Position numbers and translations under genes: made by a program
Part shown: piece after piece, positions 51,886 to 63,385 of the stretch
Layout: the number at the start of each line of letters is the position of its first letter
Numbering within the stretch: position 1 is the stretch's first letter
Source of the DNA: Okamejei kenojei
Lineage: Eukaryota
Length of the DNA: 64,000 nt
Assembly (NCBI GenBank): GCA_035221665.1
Contig: CM069147.1
Location: forward strand, 45,260,001 to 45,324,000
Direction of reading: 5' to 3'
The notes under the pieces: generated by a model
What the model saw: the letters and a program-made list of their open reading frames with translations, nothing else
Database searches by the model: none
Told to the model about the DNA's origin: nothing

Positions 51886-53317
51886 GAAAGTGAATTGTCA
51901 ACCCCCTCTGAGCTTACTAGTTTTATCCAAGGCCATCATAGTGTTATTAAAATTGGTATTGGAGGAGGAAGTCATTGAGAATTTTCATTCTGGAGATTGG
52001 ATGAACGTAGGACTGATGTGGATTTGTTCTTTTATGTAAATAGCTTGCAATTCCTTTTTGTCAAAGCCTGTAGCTCAGTAATGGCGATTGAGTGAAATAA
52101 CCGATGAACTTTACTTCACACGGAACTTAATATCACCTACAAGAGCAGAAAATGTTGTTGAAAGTGTGTCAAAAGTGGTGTAGTTTGTAACCTGATTTCG
52201 CCGATGTATAAAGGATCTATACGAAGGAGAACATTTGGTTGCAAACTATTTATATGATGAAAGACAAAATGTTTGTTTTGTTTTGAGGGATTTAGTCTTA
52301 CTTTCAGAGTCCAGACAATGATCTGGATAGACTGCAGGTGAACTAAATTCGTGCACAGATGAATAAGCCAAGTGTCTGCAAGTGGAATGCCACTTTCACT
52401 TGGAGTAAAATGAACGTACTCATTTTTCTATGCTCCAGACACTCATATTGTGTCCAATCTCCGAAAGAATTGCCTGAGCCCTAGGACAGTCTTTTTTATG
52501 ATATAATGAACCAGTACTGAAGTTAGCAAAGAATCCCATTTTATGAGTAGCAAACTGGTTTTATAAAACATTCTTGTAATGTTAAAATTTAAATTGCCTT
52601 CTCTGAGTACTGTATCTCCATGGAATTATTTTTCAGTGAAACTTCAGGGCAAATCTATTACTTGGTTTATATGGCAACAAGCTGATATTGTAAAGAATTG
52701 TAGACTTTGTCACAGGGGATATATTCGGTAATTTTACATATTTAACTAAAAATATAATTTTCCTTCTCAATTATTTAAGTGCTTCCATTTAAAGCTATGG
52801 TTGAAATCTTACTTCGAAAAAAAAAAATCAGTGAGTGTCAAGCCATCATTGCATTGAAAATTATTTAAATAATTTAACCATTAATAGATATCGACCTACA
52901 AAAACATTCAAAGAGCTGTGCAGGATTTGATCAAATGACTTGGATAAACATAGGAGTAATGACACATTCAAATATCAAAGCAGGTTTCTGAACTTCCCCT
53001 GGTAGCTGCTGGAAAGGATGTTGTGTGATGTAGTGAATAGACCAAGAGGAAACAAATCCTTACTTTTGCTAAATTCACAGGCAACATTCATTCTTGCCTT
53101 TGTTCATATCTTCTTGTAATGACATGAGATGATACTTCTGATTGAATAGCAGCATGTAGGAGTCCTGTCTGAGTACATCAACAATTTTATCTTCATTCAC
53201 AGGATTTAGATGCTACTAAAAGCACAATGTCCACAAACTGCCCCTGAGATTATAGTTATTAGGCAATCAATACACATCGACACCATTAGGACCACTGGGT
53301 GACCAGGTGATAATAAG

Positions 53318-53605
53318 TGGCGCAATGGTAGAGCTGCTGCCTTACAGCGCCAGAGATCCGGGTATGTACCTGACTATGGGTGCTGTCTGTACCGAGTTTG
53401 TATGTTCTCTCGCGTGCGTTTTCTCCAAGTGCTCCCTTTTTCCTCCCACCCTCCAAAGAAATACAGGTTTGTAGGTTAATTGGCTTCGGTAAATTGTAAA
53501 AATTGTCCCTAGTGTGTGTAGATTAGTGTACGGAATGAACGCTGGTTGGCACAGACTCGGTGAGCTGAAGGGTCTGTTTCCATGCTCTATCGCTAAAGCT
53601 CTAAA
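53318..53605 (+). mobile_element. HE1-type SINE
   Basis: gtggcgcaatggtagagctgctgccttacagcgccagagatccggg head; core and tail present. Confidence 0.85.
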
Positions 53606-53974
53606 GTGTACAGTGTTAGGTTAATAAGCTACTCTAAATTACTCCTGTTGAGGTGGGTGGTAGGGGAATCGGAATGGAGTTCATAGGCATGTTGCAAAGA
53701 ATTACATAAAGGAAAATATATGGAGGAATACTCTGACTGCAATCAGTCTAGTCTAGCTCTGTGGACTGAATGACCATCACCCCTTATCTTAAGAAAATAT
53801 GAGAAAAGAAAGGGAATATGCTCCCATGTCAGATTGTTGTGTTAATTTTTAGATTAGTTTGAGAAGTTTAGTAGTCTTTTGTGTACCTGATGTCTTTGTC
53901 TATGCAGATGGCAGAGAGTACAAAGTTGGAAGGTGAGGGATAGGAAGTTCCCTTAAAAACTTGCTAAAGTTGGT

Positions 53975-54199
53975 GATAGGCCCAAAATGCTGGAGTAACT
54001 CAGCGGGACAAGCAACATCACTGGAGAGAAGAAATGGGTGACGTTTCGGGTCGAGACCCTTCTTCAGATTGAAGAAGGCTCTCGTCCCGAAACGTCACCC
54101 ATTCCTTCTCTCCAGAGATGCTGCCTGTCCCGCTGAGTTACTCCAGCATTTTGTGTCTATCTTCGGTTTAAACCAATATCTGCAGTTCCTACCTACACA
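53975..54199. mobile_element. Palindromic Penelope-derived mini-element with two hammerhead-like cores
   Basis: Arms 53975-54066 and 54070-54161 around a 3-nt loop; intact core on the minus strand at 54040-54067; extra tail to cctacaca. Confidence 0.85.
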
Positions 54200-54892
54200 T
54201 TTAGCAATTTGGTGACCTGCATTTTAAAGCATCTCCAGTGCACCATACTGCTGGTGACTGGAGTGAATGCTGAGACTGATAGATTATGCACAAATTAAGT
54301 CAGCTATTTTTTCCTGGATGATTCCAAGTGTCACGCTTTCACCAAGGCAAGTGGCGAGTATTCCATTGCACTACCGACTTTGTACCATAGATATAGTAGA
54401 AACCCCTTCTGGCTACTGTCCACCTCTTGTAATTGGCTTATTTTTGCTTGGTTTAAGTCAATGTAAAGAAGAATTTTCAGCCTGGTCCCCATTGATCAAT
54501 TTTATTTAGACTCTTTAAATATTGTACTTGGACCAATCGTGCCTTGATGTCAAGGTTTTTACTCTCAACTCACTTCAGAAAAAATTGGCAATATTTGGAC
54601 TAGGATAATGAAGGCAGCATCTGACCTGAATGGATTGAACCAATGTAAGTTATTGATCCGTAAGTGCCGCTTGATAACAATGTTGATAGTTACTTCCATC
54701 ATTTTTTGAAACTTCCAGGGTGGGTTCGAGGGATGCTAATTATCCACATTAGACTTATTCTACCTTTTGGGGAATGGACATTCTTGGGCAATTTTCAACA
54801 TTGTCAGGCAGATGTCACTGTGTAGCTATTTTGAAAAAGTTTGGCTTAAGGCAAAGTTAGTTGTGGAGCACACGTCTTCAGCATCACTGCCA

Positions 54893-55897
54893 CATCCATT
54901 GCCTTCGGTGTTTCTTGACATTACATGGAGTGAATCGGATTAGATGATGGGTAGCAGCTGTGATGAATCAGTCCTCTACACTGAATGAGATTGAGGGAAA
55001 CCATTTCAACGTTATCATTTGCTCTCTTGTGCTGTGTTCTGCTGTCATTGAGGATGGAATCCAAAACAATGGCACTTCCTTCCACTAGTTGTTTGGCATT
55101 TATGACTCAATTTGTAGAGCTCTGACCCATGGGATTGTGAAGTTCTGTCTAGTGCACACTGCCTCAATGATTAAGTGTGCGTGTGTAGGAAATAACTGCA
55201 GATGCTGGTTTACACTGAATAGACACAAAATACTGGAGTAAGCGAGACAGGCAGCATCTCTGGAGAGAAGGAATGGGTGACGTTTCAGGTCGAGACCCTT
55301 CTTCAGTCTGAAGGAGGGCCTTGACCCGAGAAATTTGCCCATTCCTTCTCTCCAAATATGCATGTGCTCCTTTGTATCTCCATGTGCTGGTTTCATCCAT
55401 TGCCTTCGGTGTTTCTTGACATTACATGGAGTGAATCGGATTAGATGATGGGTAGCAGCTGTGATGAATCAGTCCTCTACACTGAATGAGATTGAGGGAA
55501 ACCATTTCAACGTTATCATTTGCTCTCTTGTGCTGTGTTCTGCTGTCATTGAGGATGGAATCCAAAACAATGGCACTTCCTTCCACTAGTTGTTTGGCAT
55601 TTATGACTCAATTTGTAGAGCTCTGACCCATGGGATTGTGAAGTTCTGTCTATTGCACACAGCCTCAGTGATTAAGTGTGCGTGTGTAGGAAATAACTGC
55701 AGATGCTGGTTTACACTGAATAGACACAAAATACTGGAGTAAGCGAGACAGGCAGCATCTCTGGAGAGAAGGAATGGGTGACGTTTCAGGTCGAGACCCT
55801 TCTTCAGTCTGAAGGAGGGCCTTGACCCGAGAAATTTGCCCATTCCTTCTCTCCAAATATGCATGTGCTCCTTTGTATCTCCATGTGCTGGTTTCAT
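54893..55897. repeat. 501-bp tandem duplication (54893-55393 and 55394-55894), each unit containing a partly palindromic Penelope/hammerhead module
   Basis: Units are nearly identical by eye; CAT microhomology at the junctions. Confidence 0.95.
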
Positions 55898-55902
55898 GAA
55901 AT

Positions 55903-56950
55903 CAAGAGCCAAGAATGTTTAATTGTCATAAGCACTGGGAGAAAAACAATGTAATTCTTACCAGTTGTAGTTTATGGGCACATTAATGCAATTATGCAAC
56001 AAATAAATATGTAATAATCAACAATACAATAAAATATCAGTAAAACTAGGTAGTCAGACCGTAACAGTGCAAACTGAAGTACATGGTGCAACCAAAGCAT
56101 AGTCCATAGTAGATTGTTGCTGAGGTAGGTTTGTGGTTAGAGTTGTGCAGTGTCATTCAACAACCTGAAGGTTGATGCGAAGAAGCTGAATCTGCAGGTC
56201 ATGGTTCTCAAGCTTCTGCACCTTCTTTCCAAAGGTGGCAGTGAGATGAAAGCATGGCCAGGGTGGTGTGACTCCATTATAATATTAGCTGCCTTTTGAG
56301 GCAGCGTATCTTGTAGATTCCTTCAATGCTTGAGAGGTCCTTACCCATGATGCACCAGGCAATGGTGCTAAATATTGGCACTTTCTGCCACCTCCCTCAT
56401 TCGTAAATAATGAGTTACCAAACTAGACTGTGGTGCAGCCAGTGAGAATTCTCTCCACCGTACACCTTTAGAAGTTTAATAGTGTATTTGGCAACATACC
56501 AATTCTCCTCAACAATCCAAGAAACTAGAGGTATGGTGAGTTTGCTTTGTGATTGCATCAATGTACTAGGCCCATGGTAGATCTTCATAGATGTACACAC
56601 CCAGGAACTTGAAGCTGCTGACTCTGTCCACTGCCGTACCGTCATTGAAGACAAGATCCTTGGCTTTCCCTCCAACAATCAACTGCTTGGCCTTGCGAAC
56701 GTTGAGAGCCAGATTGTTGTTCTGGTTCAGATCAGAATTATCTATCACCCTCCTGTTCCTATCATTCGTCCAACAACGGCGATATTGTTGGCGAAATTTT
56801 TAAAAGGGTAGAGCTGTGCCTGGCTACACAGTCCTGGCTAAAGACTGAGTAGAGCATGGGACTGAGCACACCATCTTGGGCTGCCCCTTATTGATGGTTA
56901 TCAAGGAGGAAGTATTGTTGCCAATTCGTACTGATTGAGGTCAGTGGAAC
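55903..56950 (-). mobile_element. Rex1/L2-type LINE fragment (RT C-terminus plus 3' UTR)
   Basis: NNLALNVRKAKQLIV, VDRVSSFKFLGVYIYEDLPW. Confidence 0.8.
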
Positions 56951-58123
56951 TAAATTGCAGAAGCAGTCTAACATGTGGCAGCTCCTATAGAGCGTATTTA
57001 TTGCAAGCAGCAGAAAACAAATCTCTTTCCAAGAATTTTACTCCCGATTTATTTAATTATCTGAATTTGAATTTCCGATAATGGGATTTGAACTCATATC
57101 ACCAGATCTTTAATCCAAGCATCTGGATTACTTGGCCAGTTACAAAACTGCTTTGCTATAATGCCATAATTGAAGTACTTCCATTGTCATTTCTGGGAAT
57201 GGTTAATTTAGCCTGTATCAAGTGTTGAACTTTGGGCTTTTTATTTTAAAGCCAGCAGTTTTTGCCCTTTGCTAATTGCATTTGACTAGGCAGTGGTATG
57301 TCATTTGGAACTCCTCGGTCTTTCGGATGATGTACACCCACATCAGTGTTGAGTAGAGAATTCCAGGATTTGAACCCATTGCCAGTGAAGGATTGGCGAT
57401 TATATTTGCAAGTCAGAATAGTGCGCACACACAGGAGGGTGTCTGCAGGTACTTGTGCTCTTGGTGGGAAGTGCAATCAAAGGCTTGATTTTTCCAGGAT
57501 GGTGTTGGGGTTACTGAGCACTTATCCAGATACATGAAGTTAATCATCACACCACCCAACTTGCGATTTTGTTAGGCAGTGAAGAACCCATGCAGGAATG
57601 ATTGACCTCCAAAAAACAAAACCTTCACCCTTTGCACAAAATATGACTGCAATGATAGAGTGAATCCCAAAATCCTGGGGTGCCGTTAGGGAGTGATTTC
57701 CCCTTGATTTTCATGAACAAAATATTTTCAAATGTCTATTCTTCAAATGAACAAAATAAGTAGCCTTTGGTTGATGGAAAAATAAACTTGTGTTAATATA
57801 TTTTTGCAAGCAAACTGCATATGGTACTAAGCAGAATGCTCTTAAAGTTTGTGCTGTGCAAGCCTTCATGTAATATATTTAACAACAGTAATGAACAATA
57901 CTTTCTATTTAAGACTAACGCTCCCACTAATTGTATGATGTGACCATCGGCTCTCTGAGTTGCCACAGAGTTTTATAGAAAGTTGCTGGGCAGTATTAGA
58001 AAAACCCTTGAATAATCTGTACAATCTTTGTTTGGGTTCCTCATGTCATAAATCTCGACCTTCCTAATGGACTGAAGAATTCACAGACACACACTGTTCA
58101 CACTGAAGAACCTCAGACATTAA

Positions 58124-58313
58124 AGGGCCTGTCCCACTTGGGTGTCATTTGCGTGTCACGATGCGCACGTGATGCACGCATGGCGCGTGGTGAGGCGTGG
58201 TGACGTAGGCCGTGACACGCGGACGCGCGTGGCGCCCCAGGATTTTGGGATGCACAAAATCTTCGCGCGCCACCTGCATGACTCGCAAATGATGCCCAGG
58301 TGGGACAGGCCCT
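58124..58313. mobile_element. PIF/Harbinger-like MITE
   Basis: TIR agggcctgtcccac / gtgggacaggccct; TSD TAA (58121-58123, 58314-58316). Confidence 0.88.
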
Positions 58314-58694
58314 TAAGAACATCAATTGGCTTACAGTAATGGCAGCTTTGTCAGGGTGAGCTTGTGAATTTGGCAATTCTAGCAAATTTGAGATGCAGTC
58401 TCGAGCAGAGCAAAGAATGAGAAAAATAGTATTTGCAAAATGGAGCGCAGATAAAGGTTGAGCCCATCATTGGTTTATTATTGGTTTAGCAATTGTGTTA
58501 GGCAAGAGTTTGGCAACTCAGTAAAACCTGTCACTGTCTGGTTATTTCAGAAACATCAAATGTTCTGATGAGGCTGCGAAGCCCTTCATTTCAAACATTA
58601 AAGAACGGTAATCAGTTTATGGATGAATAATATTTGTGGAGAAGCGGGTGAGGGTGAGGATTAAGATGCTTGGAATGAGGCCTCAGTCTCATTT

Positions 58695-58985
58695 CGAGAT
58701 ACAGCGCGGAAATGGGCCCACCGAGTCCACATCGACCAGTAAACCCCGCACGTTAACACCATCCTACACACACTAAGGACAATTTGCAGTTATACCAAGC
58801 CAATTAACCAACAAACCTGTAGGTCTTTGGAGTGTGGGAGGAAACCAAAGATCTCGGAGAAAACCCATTCAGTCACGGGGCAAACGTACAAACACTGTAC
58901 GGACAGCACCCGTACTCGGGATTGAACCCGGGTGTCTGGCATTGTAAGCACCGTAAGGCAGCATCTCTACCACTGCGCCACTGCC
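58695..58985 (-). mobile_element. HE1-type SINE with well-preserved Pol III boxes
   Basis: Minus strand A-box tggcgcagtgg and B-box ggttcaatccc. Confidence 0.85.
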
Positions 58986-59940
58986 AACTTCTAATATCTC
59001 TGTAACTTTAAGAGGAGTAACACCTGCACCACTGTAATCAGAATTGGAAACCAGTAACTCTGTGAATTCTTTAAAATTTGTAATTTTGGGGGAAAATGGT
59101 GCAGCAAATGTAATGTTGGTCAATAGCAGCATTTGTTACTTGTAGGTTGCCACACCCATATAGATTGTGTTTTTGTATCGGCAATGCTTTGCAGAAGTTC
59201 CAGAAGCAGTCTGTAACAAACTCTTGAAACTACATGCATCAATCCGTTTTGTTGTACAATGGACTTGGTTCGAGGTTAAGAACTTATTTAGCTGACACAC
59301 ACTTCTTATCGAGTCTACATCACAAGATTAGAAATTGTTCAGCCAGAGCTGAACACACTTCTCGGCATCTGCATTCAATGGCGTCTTGAGCCTCTTGTGC
59401 GTAGTGGTGGAAAGATTGGTGGAAACAGCGCCGCGACGTGAACTCTCTTTCCTTGACCCCACACACACAATGATCTGTGGCACAACTTTAGTATGGCTGA
59501 AATACAAGCAAATCAAGCACTAGTAGAACAGAGTTGAATGGTAGCGTAGATAAACCAAACTTTGTTTGAATCTTGGATTAAACAGACTTATAATATTGCA
59601 TGCAATTTTGCTCACCATGGTATGAAGAGGAAAGTAGAGGAAACGGAGAGGATGTATAGAAGATTTACAATGATAATACCCAGAAAGAATGAACACACTG
59701 GGTCTCTTTTGCAACAATAGGTCTCCAAAGTGATATAAAGTTCTGGAAGAGTGGACACAGGGAGAACTTGAGGAGACCAGCAAAGATGCAATATAAGCCG
59801 GTGATCAAGAACTGATGTCGGGAATTTGACAGAAATGTCATTATCCAAAGTGAATTTGGTGCAGCCATTCTTAGTACTTTATAAAGGTTGGACCAAATAG
59901 CATAGATTCGTTTAAAAGGAGGCTGGACAAGCAAATAAGG

Positions 59941-60120
59941 TGCAGGAAGAAACTGCAGATGCTGGTTTACACCGAAGATAGACTCAAAATGCTGGAGTAT
60001 CTCAGTGGGACAGGCAGCATCTCTGGACAGTTGCTTCTATTCCATTTCTTCTCTCCAGAGATGCTGCTATCCAGAGATGCTGCCTGTCACGCCGAGTTAC
60101 TCCAGCATTTTGTGTCTATC
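59941..60120. mobile_element. Palindromic Penelope-derived element with the central hammerhead region lost; 13-bp TSD; inserted in an old CR1 tail (about 59560-60220)
   Basis: TSD caagcaaataagg at 59928-59940 and 60121-60133; arms gatagactcaaaatgctggagta / ttactccagcattttgtgtctatc. Confidence 0.8.
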
Positions 60121-61472
60121 CAAGCAAATAAGGGTTACGCTAATGGATTTTAAAGTGGAACATTTCAAGTGGAACATTAATACAGGCATGGACTGGTTGG
60201 GCTGAATGGCCTGTTTTTGCATCATGTATCCAATGCAATCTCATGTAATTACATTTGTACTCTGAATGGTTTTCAATTTATTGCTGTTTTTGAATCATCA
60301 ACAACTGGATTGACTTCAGAGACTTGGCCATTAACGAGCATGAATGAATAATTTCTGTCAGTGTTCATTGAAGTACAGGACAATATTTTGGTGTACTCGT
60401 CAGGAAAATGTAATATTTTGGCGTATGTGAAATTACAGGCCTTGCGGTTTATTCCAATTATTATAGAGTTACTCTACTAGAATAGGAATGTAAATATGTG
60501 TGTATAAGCATTTTTAACTGTCAGTTCATCATCTATAAATATATCATCTTTAAATTCAATTCATCATTATGGAGTCTGAGAACATGAAAGCAGAACCAGC
60601 TAAAGTGAATTAGTAAATTAGATTAAGTAATCGGTCAATCGCGATATTGCCAGAGAATTAAGGGCATTTTTAGAATACACAAAATGGATGCATTCCAATG
60701 AGACAAAAAGATTCCAAAGGAAAAGCCCGTCCTCTGCAGTTAACAACATTTAAAGCTTGTATTTGACTTTAAAAAAAAACATGCAATTGTCCAACGACAA
60801 GGCGCAAGTCAGAAGATCGGACAGAATGTAAAAGAACAATTCAAATGGTTAAAAAATTAATAAGGAAGAAAACAAAATAGAGCATGAGAAATAGCTAGCA
60901 GCAAAAAACAGATGGGAAGAGATTGTGGAGATAGTTGAAAAGAGTTAACAAAGAGTTAAGTGCCCTATAGAAAGTGAGTCTGGAGAATTAATACTGGTAA
61001 ATAAGGAGTTGGCTGATGATCTAAAGAGGTATTTTCCACCATTCTTCATGAAAAAAGATAAAAGTAACATTCCAGACATTGTTGTAAATCAGGAATTGAA
61101 AGGGAGGGAAAGACTCAGGAAAATTACAGAGCCGTTGAAGTGGCACTGAGCAAACAGTTGGAGCTGCAGGCTTGCAATATACCAGGTTCACGTGGGCTTC
61201 ATCCTCAGATCTTAAAATGAGCTGGTAAAATATTTGATGTATTGTGCTTAATTTTCTCAAATTCCCTGGATGCAGCCAAGGTTCCATTAGTTTGCAAAAT
61301 ACTGTATGTATTCCTTTATTTAAAAAAAGGGAAAGAGAAAGCAAAAAGGTGCTGGCTGGTTAGCTTAACGTCTATTATAAGGAAAATGGTAGATGTCACT
61401 GAAGGACAAAGTCAACATGGTTCTATCAAAAGATACTCATGTTTGACTCATTTATTGGAATTCTTTGCTGGA

Positions 61473-61730
61473 AGAGTTGCTTCATAGCGCCAATGACCCA
61501 GGTTTGATCCTGACCACGATTGCTGCCTATATAAAGTTTGCGTATTCTTCCTGTGACCGTGTGGGTTTTCTCTGGGTGCTCCGGTTTCCTCGCTCATCCC
61601 AAAGGCTTGTAGGCTGATTGGCCGAGTGTGCAGGGAATGGATGCGAAAGTGGGAGAACAAAAAACTAGTGTGAGAGGGTGATCAATGGTCGGTGCCAAAG
61701 AATTTCTGTGGCCTATCTTCCAATCAATTA
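61473..61730 (+). mobile_element. HE1-type SINE nested in CR1
   Basis: gacccaggtttgatcctgacc B-box; tctgggtgctccggtttcctc core. Confidence 0.8.
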
Positions 61731-62208
61731 AAACCAATTCCAATCAAGTAATGTGCTGTTGATGAAGGTGAACTGTTGGGTATACAGGACTATAGTTACA
61801 TTTCCAGAAGGCATCTAATAAAGTCCCACACTAAAGGTTAATGTGAAAAACAAAAGCCATAATTTAGGAGGGTGATAAAGTGATTTCCAAGATGTACCGG
61901 ATCTGAAGAGTTTGAGCTATAAGAAGCAGGAAAGACTGGGGCTTTTTTCTTGAAGTGAGGAGGCTGAGGAGCATCATAATAAGCTAATAGACACACAGTG
62001 GCTTGCAAAAGTATTCATAACCCTTGAACTTTTCCATTTTGTCACGTTACAACCACAAACGTAAATGTATTTTATTGGGATTTTATGTGATAGACCAACA
62101 CAAAGTGGTGCATAATTGTAAAGTGGAAGAAAAATGATACATGGTTTCCAAATTTTACAAATAAAAAACTGAAAAGTGTGGCGTGCAAAAGTATTCAGCC
62201 CCCCTGAG

Positions 62209-63385
62209 TCAATACTTTGTAGAACCACCTTTCGCTGCAATTACAGCTGCAAGTCTTTTGGGGTATGTCGCTACCAGCTTTGCACATCTAGAGACTGAAA
62301 TTTTTGCCCATTCTTCTTTGCAAAATAGCTCAAGCTCAGTCGGATTGGATGGAGAGCATCTGTGAACAGCAATTGTCAAGTCTTGCCAGAGATTCTCAAT
62401 TGGATTTAGGTCTGGACTTTGACTGGGCCATTCTAACACATGAAAATGCTTTGATCGAAACCATTCCATTATAGCTCTGGCTGTATGTTTAGGGCCGTTG
62501 TCCTGCTAGAAGGTGAACCTCCGCCCCAGTCTCAAGTCTTTTGCAGACTCTAACAGGTTTTCTTCCAAGATTGCCCTGTATTTGGCTCCATCCATCTTCC
62601 CATCAACTCTGACCAGCTTCCCTGTCCCTGCTGAAGAAAAGCATCCCCACAGCATGATGCTGCCACCACCCTGTTTGACAGTGGGGATGGTGTGTTCAGG
62701 GTGATATGCAGTGTTAGTTTTCCACCACACATAGCATTTTGCATTTATGCCAAAAACTTCAATTTTGGTCTCATCAGACCAAAGCACCTTCCTCCACATG
62801 TTTGCCGTGTCCCCCACATGGCTTGTGGCAAACTGCAAACGGGACTTCTTATGGCTTTGTTTCAACAATGGCTTTCTTCTTGCCACTCTTCTATAAAGAC
62901 CCGATTTGTGGAGTGCACGACTGATAGTCGTCCTGTGGACAGAATCTCCCACCTGAGCTGTGGATCTCTGCAGCTCCTCCAGAGTTACCATGCTTCTCTG
63001 ATCAATGCTCTCCTTGCCCGGCCTGTCAGTTTAGGTGGACGGCCATGTCTTGGTAGGTTTGCAGTTGTGCCATACTCTTTCCATTTTCGGATGATGGATT
63101 GAACAGTGCTCCGTGAGATGTTTTAACATTAACATTTAAGAGTAAAGTGGATAGTTATATGGACGTGAAGGGAATGGAGGGGTATGGTCTGAGTGCAGGT
63201 AGATGGGACTAGGGGAAAACAAATGGTCGGCACGGACTGGAAGGGCCGAGAGGGCCTGTTTCCGTGCTGTAATTGTTATATGGTTATATGTTCAAAGCTT
63301 GGGATATTTTTTTATAATCTAACCCTGCTTTAAACTTCTCCACAACTTTATCCCTGACCTGTCTGGTGTGTTCCTTGAGCTTCAT
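62209..63385 (-). pseudogene. Tc1 DD34E transposase pseudogene
   Basis: Begins MKLKEHTRQVRDKVVEKF; contains [33 protein letters not shown] and ends KGGSTKY. Disrupted by a TAG at 62506-62508, a small deletion near 62990 and a LINE insertion. Confidence 0.93.
63123..63287 (+). mobile_element. HER1/CR1 3' tail inserted into the Tc1 transposase
   Basis: gggccgagagggcctgtttccgtgctgta tail with ttatatgg repeats; TSD atgtt at 63118-63122 and 63288-63292. Confidence 0.85.

Noticed and set aside
58910-58985. tRNA gene (A and B boxes)
   Set aside because: It continues directly into the SINE core and LINE-derived tail and shows no proper cloverleaf; the same applies at 53318 and 2163.
62209-63385. 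Active transposase gene
   Set aside because: It has a premature stop, a frameshifting deletion and a LINE insertion.
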